Shown here: piece by piece, positions 24,001-36,000 of the stretch
How the letters are laid out: the number at the start of each line of letters is the position of its first letter
How positions within the stretch are numbered: position 1 is the stretch's first letter
From: Candidatus Omnitrophota bacterium
GTDB taxonomy: Bacteria; Omnitrophota; Gorgyraeia; 1-14-0-20-64-10
Length of the DNA stretch: 64,000 nucleotides
NCBI GenBank assembly: GCA_023248155.1
Contig: JAHFFE010000004.1
Span: 68,248-132,247 of the forward strand
Reading direction: 5' to 3'
Made by a program: the position numbers and the translations under genes
The notes under the pieces: model-generated
Database searches by the model: none
What the model was told of the DNA's origin: nothing
Seen by the model: the letters and a program-made list of their open reading frames with translations, nothing else

Positions 24001-27000
24001 GGAACGCGTCATTCTGTCGGTGGGTGCGGTGCTTGAAAATTATACGGGCTTAAAACGCAGCGAACAGATCATATTCGCTGCCGGCTTTGGTATTCCCGCT
24101 TCCATGGCGGCCTCACTGAATAAAGATTCTGCCACAGCTATTCTTAAATACCTGTCGGAACAAAGCCTGCACTTCGGCATCAGCGCCTTCACGGCTCTCA
24201 GCTTCATGCTCTCTCAAGACTCACGACTCAAGACTCTCGACTACGAAGAACTCGCGCGCCAGACGATTCTCTCCGACATTCTCTCCGGCGTGCTGCGTGC
24301 CGATACGCGCGGCGAACTGGTCCTCTCGGCTTTTGCGCTTCAAAATACGGCGGCGCACGCGGGGCTCGAACTTTACGGCCGGCGCATGACGGCCGAGGAA
24401 TTGCCGGCGCTTAAATTGCCGGCCATTATTCACCTGGACGGCGATCATTTTGCCGTGCTTGAAAAGGCCGACGCTGAAAACGTGACCGTGCGTGAATATA
24501 CGGGCGATTCTTTTGCGCTGAGCGTGGCGGAATTTGTGAAACATTGGGACGGCTTCGTGATGAGCGCCGATCAACCGGACCGCCGCACGCTTGACAGCGC
24601 GAGCCTGCAGCTCATCCGCGGTTCGGATGCGGCGCTGGGATCAAGCCCTGCCGATATTGCGGCATTGTCCGTCCAGCTTGGCAATTTGTTTGCCGCCATG
24701 GCTTCCGGTTCCGTGGATGCGACGCTGGCTCAGGCCGCCTTGGCCGCGGCAGGGGATTTGGTTTCCGTGCTGGCCATTTTTGAAGAATTAAGCGCCAAGG
24801 GCGCTTATCTCAAGAGTGCCGAAAATCTGGAAGAGCGCCTGCGCCAGCAGTCGCTGGCCTTCTTTGAGGAAATCGACCGGCTGGACCTGACCGTGCGCCG
24901 CGCTTCGCGTGTGTCGCAAGGCAAAGCTTTTATGGATCAGATCACCGCGCGCAACAAGGACATCCAGAATTTGCTCATTATTGCCCAGTCTACGGCTATG
25001 CAGTATCCTTCGAACTCGGCGATTGCCGCGGATCTTGCCGAAGTACAGACCATCGCGGCCCAGGCGGCGAACAAAGCCGCGCAGACCGCGATTTATCTGA
25101 ATGAATTGACGGCCGCCGAAGCCAATGCGGCCTCGCTGGCGTCCGCCATGCGCCAGGATCTTGCGCTCATGCAATCCCTGAACCTGCGCGCGCTGGCCAG
25201 CCGCAGCAGCGCGGAAGTGGCGTCGATTTTCTCGCAGGCGGATGAGATGGAAGACCAGATGCGCTTGCTGCGTGAAGACATCAACGACGTCTACGATGCC
25301 TTTCTCAGCAGTCAAGCCATTCTGGACCGTGCCACGGAAGCCAACGAACTGCTGCTGGAAGCGGCGCGCATCCTGGCCGAGTTGACCGTGCGCGCGCGTG
25401 CCGTGGCCCGTTATAACCAGATGAGCCCGCTGCTGTTGGACCGCGCGGATGTCAACCGCGACGGCAGCGTGACTGCCGCTGACGTGACAGCGCTCAATCT
25501 GGCCATGGCCACGGTGGATGACATCAATCTCGACGGCGTGGTCGACCTGCTCGATAAGGCCATCTGGCAGCAGCTCCTGCCGCTGATTCCGACGCTGGAT
25601 TTCCTGAATGGAACCTTAGCCGGGCTGGGCGATGTGGATGCGGACAGCCAGCTTGACAGCGACGACGTCTCCTTGTTCCGTTCGTACTTGTCGGCTTACG
25701 TCAACGTGGATCAAGACCCAGCCGGGCTGGTGGATTCGAGCGATGTCCTGGCCGTGAGCAATTATGTGAATTCAGGCTACACCTTCAAATACGGCACGCC
25801 GGACACCGTGACGCTGTACCGCTACTTCGGTGAAACCCAGCCCAAAGTCGTGCACGTGGCCGATCCGAACCAGACCATCTATGTCAATTCGATCTTTGAT
25901 GTACTCGATTCCACGAGCAATGAGACATTGGATGCCCTGACGGATGTGGAGTTTCCTGAGAATCAGGGCTTTTATGCCGGCCAGATGCAGGGAATTGAGC
26001 GCTCAGCACTGGCTTCCGATGATGAAAGCGCCGTGGCGCTCTTGGCCAGCCGCGCCCGCGACTTACTGGATCAGGCGCTCTTGGGCCGCGATCTTTTGAC
26101 CCTCATCAATACGCCCGCCAGCCGTCAAGTGGCACAGACTGCGGATGGAACGCTTGAAACTTTGGCTGATCTTTACACGGCCCTGCAGGATTGGACCAAG
26201 TTTGCCGCTCAAAAAGAAGACGTCGTGCGTTTGGATCGCGAAGCGCTCGTCAGTGCGGAAGCGGCGTTGGCCCAAGCGCGTGCCGCATTGGCCGGGCTTG
26301 TCGCTCAAGTCAATGCCGGCACGCTTTCATCGGCGGATCCTGCCTTCGCCGCGGCGCTGGCCAATGTCAGTGCCAGGGAAAGCGCATACACAGCGGCAAA
26401 AAACACCTTGAGCGCATCGGCGCAGGACTCCGGCCGCGTGCGGCGCGAGAAAATCCTGCTGGACTATCTCTACAAGTCGGCCAAGAACGATTTGGAATCC
26501 CTGCGGCGCTCGTACGAAAAAATTCGCGCTCAAGCCGAGGCGTTGCGTTACAAGAGTTACGCGGCCGTTACAAGTTCGTTTGTCCGCTATCTTGGAGATG
26601 CCGCCTATGCCGCGGGGCAAAAACTTGACCCCAATAAACCGGAGGACAAACCGCTGATCCGCGCGCTTCAGGAAGTCCAGGCCTTCCAGTACCGTCTGGC
26701 GGAAACAACCGGCAATGATTTGATGGACTTGTATAACGGCCTTAGCTTTGCGCGTGACAATGGGTGGGAAACCGGTCTTCAGCCGCCGGCGGACCCGATG
26801 CCTTTGACGATGGGCGCCTGGAATGATGATACCAACCCGCTGCAATTGATTGACTTTGATCATTCCAGCGCCCGGGAATTCCGCGCGAACGTCGACCGGC
26901 TCAAAATTATTTTCGAGCATTGGGGCGAACCGCTGCCTGGAACCGGCACGGGTGGTCTTGACCTAATGCTTGATGCCAGCCAGGTTACGTTCATCGAGCA

Positions 27001-30000
27001 GTTACGGGCCAAGATGGATACCATGACGCGTCTGATGCATCAAAACTATCCGTATTGGCAGCTGAAGCTGGGCGACGTGCTCTCAGGCGTGCCGCATTTC
27101 TTTACCGAGGCGCGCATGCTGATCGAAGGCGCTAAAGTGTATTACCAGGAACTCAAGATCCGGGCCGCGCTTGTGCGAAGCGCGCATCAGGCCTATGCCT
27201 CCCGTCAAACCGAATTTAATGCGGCCGCTGCTCGCGCTCTCGGTGTGGACCTGAAGGACCTGGATACGGATGGCGATGTGGATTATGACGATTTGAATGT
27301 TCTTAAAACCCGTGTGGATACGGAAGAGCAGGAGTATACCGGCACGCTGGGCTTAATGAGTGAACTGACCGCGCCCGATGTCGGCCTCGAAGCCGTGTTG
27401 AATAAACTCGAAGGCTTCTACGGCAATATGAAACCCGTGGACCGGCTTGAAAATCTGCGCCGTGAATTCTCGGCTTTTGAAGAACGCGTGCGCATGGCCC
27501 CAACGGCTGAAGCGGCGGCGGCTGAATACGAAGCGGCTGCGCTGGTGCTGCGTGACATCACCATGCCCAATGAAGAACACTCCGTGCGTATTTCCGGTGA
27601 GCTTGACCGCGCCGCCGCGCCGGGGACTTATAATCAGGTGGCCGTGTCTTTTGCCGCACCCATGCCTGAATTCAGAGTCGGGACAACAACCTTCAAATTT
27701 CCATTCCATCTGCGTATTGGCAATGAAATCTTTGGCATGCGTGCCGGCGACCACACCGTGACGCCCGAAATCATGAACCAGGCGTTTACGTTCTATAAAC
27801 TTTATGACGTGGTCGATGTGACTCTGCCGGATGGGTCGATCATCGGTTACAACCAGCCGGTCACCACGCTGGCCGCCATGAATCCCTTTGTTTCGTATTA
27901 CGATATTCCGACGGGAGAACACCGGGTCAACGTGGGACCGATCACTTACCGGCTGGATGAAGGTTTGACCGGTCTTTGGCTGCGGCTTGAAACCGAAAAA
28001 GATCAATATGTGGAAATCGCCGAAGAACAATACAGCCTCTTCATGAGCGGCAATCCCGTTTATATGGCCGTGCGCCGTGCCTATGAAGATGCGGCGGCCG
28101 CCTACGAAAGTGCCGCCAACGCCGTCACCGCCGAAGAGGAACGTGTGGCGGATGAGGAAGAGGATCGCGCGGCAGCTATCCGCCGGAGCGTTGACGCACT
28201 GATGCAAAATCAAATCACACCGCTTGGGCTGGGGATTTTCGGCACATCCGGCAGCGTTCTTTTAGATGCGGCCGAGATCGAGCGCCGTTTGGATGAGTTC
28301 GCGAATTATGAAGCCGAGTTTGATCAATTGCAGAATGAAATCGTCCGCCTGCAAGCCATGGCTTTGGCGCCGGCCCTGACCGAGGTCAATGCCAAGGCCG
28401 CACTGGTTGCCGCCCAAGCGGCGCCGCGTAATGCTGTCAAGGCTGATCTTGAGACAGCCCACGCCCAGGCGCAATTTGCCGCGGAATTGGCCGCGGCCTT
28501 TAACGCCGCGCGCGCGGCGTTGGGAAGGGGCCAGCTTTCGTCATCCGGACTTGCTGGGCTAAGCGAGAGTGTGTTGAATGCGCGCTACAGCGGACTTTTG
28601 GCCGAGAGACTTGCTTCTGAACTGGCGCTGGCGCGCTACATGCAAATCTATGAGCGCATGAATGGTGCGGCGCGCGCGCGTCTGGATTCCATCTACGACC
28701 GCACGGCTTTGGCCGCGGATTGGCAAGCCGCATTCAGCAATTTGAACACGGCGCTGCAAACTGCGGAAGCGGCGCGGATCGCGGATGAGATTACGGCCGG
28801 AACAACGAATTTATCCGCGATTGCTGGCAATCTCAATAGCACGATTACCGCAGCGGATACGAATTTTGACAACCGTAAACTGGTGCTTGATACCGCGGCC
28901 GGAGCGGCCACGGATAACGCCACGCTCAAACCGCTGGTCGAAGGCGCGGACGGCTATATCGAAATGCGCAACAAAATCCAAGGCATGAAAGATCTTTTGG
29001 AACGCGCCCTGAATTGGTCGACGGACGCTTCTTTCGTGGCCTCCGTCACCGCCATGCTGTCGACGATCAATGCGGATGCGGGCGCCTACGACACTGCGAT
29101 CGCGATGCAAAATGTCCGCTTGGCGCATTTTGCCCTGCGTGACGGTCCGGTCACGGGCCAGCGCAACCGGGTCGTGACGCTCAAGAACCAGGCGCAGACG
29201 ATTGACACCGGCCTGCCGCCCAATCCCACGATCCAGGATGCGCGCGCGATCAATGCCGTGCTGGCACGGGTTGCGGCCGCTGCCGGACAAATCGAAAAAA
29301 TGCGCGATGAAGCGCGCGAACTTTTCCGCCGCACGGATGCGTATTATGCGGCGGTCGCGGCTTCGGGGCAGATCATTTTGGCGCCCTTGCGCGCGGATGA
29401 AATCAATGCGCTGAACGACATGAACAACCTCCTTCTCAATTTGAACACACGGCTTGCCGCGCTTGAAAATGACGCCTATCTGGTCGAACGCGACCGGTTG
29501 AACGGGATTAAGGCCGATCGCTTGACGGACAAAAACAACCGTTGGACGGACCTGACGGCAGCCGGCGGCCTGACGCCGATGAGCGGCAGCTATGAGAATT
29601 ACTACGCCAACCATGATCTGGTGCGCGCCCTGCGTGAGGAGACCGACGCAGAAGCCGTGGCCGGTGAGAAAGTTAAGGAACAACGCGACATCGTGACAGT
29701 TCAGCTTGTTGCTCGCGCCGACGCTCTGCGCGCTTCGATGCAGGCTGTTATTCAAAGCCAGCTTGAGCCGCTGCTTGCGGGCCTTCTCGATGTCAACGGC
29801 GTGCCCGTGCTTTCCGAAGCGGAGTTGACTCTGCGCATGGGGCAAGCTCGCACCAAACGCGCTGACTTTGAGGCCCTGCGCGATGAGTTGAACCGGATTA
29901 AAACCTATCTGCCTGACGATGCCCGGGAAGATTTTCAGGTTTATCTGAATGCCGCTTCGACTTTTGGCCTGCGGGTCGATGAGATTTTGACTCAGCTGGC

Positions 30001-33000
30001 GGATGCGCTCAACTATGAAGTGCATGCGGATGGTGCGCGCGCAGCGATGAGCGCCGCTGCGGCCGCTGCGGCCAGCGCTTCAGTGCGGATCGGCGGCCTG
30101 AATTTGACTGCGCTTTCGGATGCGGCTTTGGGCAATCTGCGCTCGGGGCTTTTGAGCGACCGCGCCAATCTTGAAGCCGCCCTGCTCAACTATGAGCGCC
30201 TATTCGCCACAGCCACGGGCGCCAGCCAGAACCGTCTGGCCAGCATCTATAACACCGCGTCCCTGCGGGCGGCCTTTAACAGCATGTTTAATGCACTTGA
30301 TGCCGAACTGGCACGCCGCGAACAGATTTTGATTCAAGCGGCGCTGACAAGTATGCCGCCTGCGCTCACGGCAGCCACATTGGCTGCCAATACGGCCGCC
30401 ACGATTGCCAATTGGAAAGCTGATTTTACAACTCGCCTAGGCCTGTTGGAAAGCGCCTTCCAGACGGCCTCTACGGGTGCGGCCATGAATCTAGTCATTC
30501 TGAATGCGGCGGCAGATGATTTGACGGACCTTCTGCTGGATGCCGAAGAAGCGCGCCGCGCCGTCACGCGCATGCCAGCCTGGGTGGCCGAAAGACCGCT
30601 GACGGAAACAGCGGCATTCCGCAATGAAGTCACAGCCGGTGCAGAAGAGATCGGCTTCCTGCTTCAGCGCATCACGGCCAAAATGCTGGGCATGAACAAA
30701 ATTGCCGGTTATCAGACCATGAAGGAAGGCGAACTCAGCGCGAATCTTACGGTCGTTCAGGCCGCTAAAGCCGAGGTTGATGCGCTTGAGGCGGCCTTGT
30801 TAGCAGTGCCTGCTGCGGATGCGCCCGTCACGGACCTGGATCGCGCGCGCGTGGAAGGGGAGATTGCCTTGAAGGCCATGCATCTGCAATGGTCACTGGC
30901 CGAAGAGCGCCTGCGCGCCTCGCGCGAATTGCAGCTTGGCGCCGGCGCCGCCGCCGCGGGCTATACGGCCCCGTCGGTTTCTGACCAGGATACGGCCTTG
31001 CTTGGCATCATGCAGGCTGCCGGCCGCCTGTCCACGCGCCTGGCCGACCTAGATAAACGCCGCGAACTCAAAGCGCTGGAAGAAGCCCGGCGCAAACAGT
31101 ATGAGGCTGCGCTCAAAGTCCAGGAAGCCAAAGACCGGGTCAATGGCGACTCGGTACTCTACTGGTTCCAGACGGTCCATGACATGGCCTATCAATCCCT
31201 GCAGGAAACCCGCGATCTCAAGCGTGCCTTTGAAAATGCCTTTGCCGCCATGCGCGTCTCGTTTGAAAACATGCGCGCCAAAGTGCAGGCTGAAAACGAA
31301 ATTCAGAAAAAAGCCAAAGATCTGTCCGAGGAACTCAAGGCGCATGCACAAATTGTCAACCAACTTGTCTTTGACTTGTCACTCTTGGAAAATTTCGGTG
31401 AGATCGTGACCGATCCCGACAACGCCAACTTCTCCCATGTGGATTTGGCGGATAACGCCCAAATCCTGCTGCGTCAGATCAACGAATATACGGGCGGGCT
31501 GGGCGACGGCAAGAAGGGCCTGATCGATGACTATCAAGACATCAAGGCCATGGCCGAGTCTCAGCCGGAAAATATCGAATTGCAGCGAATTTTGAAAGAC
31601 GTGGAACCGACCGCGCTTGACGCCATGGCCATTCAGCGCGTACTCAGCGACCTCTTTGGCGTGATGAGCGCCTACAGCCGTTCGGTCCAGCATCAGGAAC
31701 TAGCGCGCGCAGCCATCGAAGCCGAGAAACAGTTGATGGCGCTTTTTGAAAATGAAACCGACGACGGCGCCAAGGCGGCTTACTTTGACCTCTTCCAGCA
31801 GGCGGAAGGCAAACGCCAGGAAGCGATGAATCTGTCCATGTCAGAAGCGCGCGGCATTCTGGGGAACCTGGACCAATTGCGCGAGTACGTCGATAACTCC
31901 GACCCGTTCCTGAAAGAAAACTATCCGTCGCTTCTGACGGCCGACAAGCTGCGCATCGTCAGCCTGCTTGAAAAAATCATCGGCAGTGCAAACCTGTTGT
32001 CTCTCTCCAACGGCACGGGCGTTGAGACACCATTGGGCTCAGTCGTCGATGTGGAACACCGTCTTGATCTGGTGACGCGCCTGCGCAATAACCGGGGTTT
32101 GAGCAACGCGCCGCAGACGGAATCCGGCAGCGCGATGACGAATGTTGAAAATTTTAAATTTAATTTTAAAAATGACGTCATTCCAGCCGGATTCCCGATT
32201 CAGAACAATACTGTCTATGAATGGTTCCCGGCACCCGCAACGCCGCCGGCCGTCACGCCCAAGTGGTACGACCTTCAAGCCGGTTCAATTAATTTCTCGG
32301 CTCCGGCTTCAAATTTTGTACCTGGCCAGGCGTATGTGATTATGCGCTATGTCAAGCATCCGACCCGCTATAGACCGTGGAACGGTGTGGGTCCGGAACC
32401 GATTCATGAAGACGAGGAATTCCTCTACCGTGTCGTCACATTCTTGCGTGAGCCGTCGGACGACAAACCGGGTGAGATGGTGACGATTCTGCAGCAGCCT
32501 GAGAGAAAGCTGATTCCCGATCCCTCTAACCCAGCGGAAAAAATTGTCGGCACGAAGTGGGGGACGGTCGGTACGCCGCGCACTGACGCTATCAACAAAT
32601 ATGTGCCGGGTGTGATTCTTGAGGGTTCATCCACGACCACGCCGCCGGTCGCAGAGCCGCAATGGACCGGTAAGTCAGCGGATGTGGCCAAGGATGAAAA
32701 TAATCAATTTGTCGTGGTCGTTGACGGCAAGATTTATCGTCAATCGGCCGCTCAGGTGACGTTGATCAGCGACAACCGCTATACACCCGGCGGAGATGGC
32801 AAACTGACGCTTCAAATTTTAGTGACCGAGGGCACGGCCATTTCCTGGAAACAGCTTGTGATTATGCCCGAGGCTTTCCGTGGTGAATTTAAAGGCGACA
32901 TCAAAACCATTTTAGGAGCCAAGGACGCGCATGACCGTCTGCTCAAGGCCATGTTCGGCGCCACGGGTACGGCGGCCAATCCGGCCACGCCCGACGGCAT

Positions 33001-36000
33001 CGGCGGACTACGCGGGGATGCTTTCCGGCGCACGGGCGGCGTCGAGTTTTTTGAGACACAAAAATTTATCCTGGATACGCCGCGTGAGATTTTCAAAAAT
33101 ACAAAGCTTATTGAGAATCCGCCTAACACTACGCCCAATCTGGTCACAAGCCTGCAGCTTGCGTCCGTACCGGTGACAATCAACGGGATTAATTCAATGG
33201 TTATCCAGCCCGCGCTTACGAGCGCTCTGCATCAATTTTTCCCGGTTCCCACCGGCTATGCGGTGCGCGAAGATTTGGATATCAGTTTGTTGGACAACGG
33301 CAATTTTAAAACGACCGCGTTGTTTGACCCTGACCTCAACGATTTAGAGGTTACGGTGGAGCGTGATCCGCTCACATTAGACCCGCGGCGCGTCTCTGTT
33401 CCAGGGCTGGGAACTTTCGACGTCAAAGTGGTGCCAGGTTATGCGAATACGAACGAAATCGACAATAGCAATTTCCACCAGTTCCAGGCGATCTACGATG
33501 TCGGTACCTTGAGCGCACCCGGCGGCAGCGGCAAACTCTATCTCTACCTGCCGGTTCATGTGGGCGAAATCTTCGCCGATGTCAATGGCGACGGCTATCT
33601 GGGGCTCGAGACCGATCCGGAACTGATGGTCTGGCAGGACGGCCAGCTTGTGGACATCAAGGCCAGAGACACGGCGTCGACAACCGCCACGCCTCCCGGC
33701 TTGGGGACACCGATTTCGCAGTACAAATTTGGGATTGGGGTTGCTCCGGATAAAGTAACGCTTAGTTCTTACCTGCCGTGGATGAATGTGGCGGCGACGA
33801 CCCTAAGGTCGGTTCAGCCGGGAACTTCAGCGATGGTGACGAACTTGGTGGAAATTCAGGGGCGCTTGTTTAGCTTCTCCGACGGGACGTTGCGGAGTGA
33901 AGTGGCGCTTAACAGCACGGATACGCAGTATGTTCTGCTTATGCCAACACTTGCGGATCCCCAGCATACAGAAACGGTGGTGATTCAGCATAACGCGGTC
34001 AATACCGCAGCGGTTAATTTTGCAGCCGCGGTAACGCGCGATGGCACCGGCATTGAAGACTTTACGTACAAGGGCGTGCAGGATGCCTGGGATCCAACAT
34101 TCCTGCATCGCAAAGTGACGTCTGCCATGGCCGCGGATTATCGGTTGGCGGTGCCAGGAACGGTCACGTTTGAAGGCGACACGGTCAATTATAACGTTCT
34201 CAAGCACGTTGAAGTGACATATGAACTGGAAAATGGCGAAACATTCACGAGCCGGGGAGAAACTACCGGGTTTGTGAGTGATGCGAGCAGCAACATCCTC
34301 GTGGGAACGGCCGCGAATCCCGTGACCTATACGGCACTTTCAACCACCCAAGTCCAGCTTTGCCAGGGACCGACCGTTCCGCCGGTTTGCCAGACGTTCA
34401 ATGCGCGGGTTTTAAATCGCACCTACTTCGTCGAAAGCCAGTCCGGCCACAAGGCCGGTATGATGACGTTCGGTGCCGTGACCTTGAAAAATTTGAATAG
34501 CGATGCAGCGGTGGTTATGGGCGGCATCCTGGCCAACATGGCTAATTCCGGCGGCAATGAAATGGATCGCGAGACCGATATTGCCGAATTGATTGCGAAT
34601 TCCCAGCATGTCAGTTCCTTGCGTGCATCCATGACCCAGGCTGAAACAGAGTACCAACAGGCGGCGGACCGCTACGAAGCAGCCTTTAAAATGTGGAAAG
34701 AGTATGAACGGCAAACAGGTTTGCCCGCAGCTTGGGGCGGAATTCAACAAACCGAAGAACAGGCCCTTCTGATCGACCCTGTAACCGGGCTGCCGACGAC
34801 AGGGCTTATCCGTTTTGGCACGTACGAATATCTGCAGCAGACCAAGCGCGATTATCTGCTGGCCAAACAAGAAAAAGAATTGCTCGAGCAGGAGCAAGCT
34901 TCGCTCTTGCGCCTAATCAAGACCAAAATAGATGAGTTCAAACGCGCAGACGAGCGTTATCAAGCCATGCAAAACCTGCTCAATGAAGCCAAGGCCGTGG
35001 AACAGCTTTTGCGCTACTACATCGGCAATGACGATATGCAGTCGTCGACGTATGACCCCAATTACCTGGTGCCACCTCTGGGACCGGCCCTGCTGCCGAC
35101 ACAGGACTATGTTTCAACGGATGTGGAGTTTCAGTCTTTCATCGACGCGCGCAATTTGAATACGTTGACGGGCACGAACACGGGTCAGGAGTTTCAGGGC
35201 TGGATTGCCCAGGAAACCATCCGCGCGGCCATGAAGATCTGGCCCAAGAGCACCTGGGACACATCGGTGTTTACTCCCAATCCATTTCCCGGGGGCGGCT
35301 TAGAGGCGTATCTCATCCCGCAAATGATTCCGGATTCGCAGCAGCGTTATATGTACGGCAATTACACAACGGCTGACGATGCTGCCCATGATTTTAACAA
35401 CGCGGGCTTCTTTGCGCGCACGGGCGTCAATACGATTGATTACCACTATAGACCGGGGCTGGTGGATCTGTTGGATGAAGTGGTGGGTATGGGGCCGCTC
35501 AATCCAGTGGCTGGCACGGCCTTGCCGCCCAGCGTATCCGATGTCAATCTTAAAAAATTGGATCTTAATTTGATTCCTTATGGAGAGTTAGACATGCTCA
35601 TGTTTGACGAAAGTGTGCGCGAGCAAGTCCGGCTTGAGGGCGGCATTACCCAAAACGGAACGCGTTCCAACAATAGCTTAATCGAGGGGGTGGATGTCAC
35701 GGCGAATAGGGGCACGCAAGCGGTGCTGGAACGCGTGGTCTACGGAGGGATTGCTGATTTGAGAAGCATCTACAAAGAATACCTGGATCTGCTCGTGGCC
35801 GGCAGCCTGCGTCTGGCTTCCGATGGGCGCCAAGACAAAACCGGCCACGGCGCCAGCGCGCTGGCGCTTTTGGAAAATATGTTCCGGGTCTTTAATAACC
35901 GGACCAGTCTCGGTCAATTTCCCTCCAGCATGGCGCCGTTGGCGGTTTATCAGAACCCGCCGGCAAATTCGGAATTTTTGACAGGCGATCCCTCGGATGG

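Larger units (their letters stand above)
24580..32090 (+). other. Ala/Leu/Glu/Gln/Arg-rich predicted alpha-helical/coiled-coil region 2 (about 2,400 aa), interrupted by dockerin-like cluster 3 and a small beta domain
   Basis: Long helical-looking runs such as LRQQSLAFFEEIDRLDLTVRRASRVSQGKAFMDQITARNKDIQNLLIIAQ, ALEEARRKQYEAALKVQEAKDRV and LKAHAQIVNQLVFDLSLLENF. Low Pro/Gly content. Confidence 0.55.

Noticed and set aside
24146-24580. Calling the C39-like domain an active cysteine peptidase
   Set aside because: The canonical nucleophile position (DCGxAAL) reads HFGISAF with no Cys. I therefore report it only as a C39-like (probably non-catalytic) fold pending alignment.
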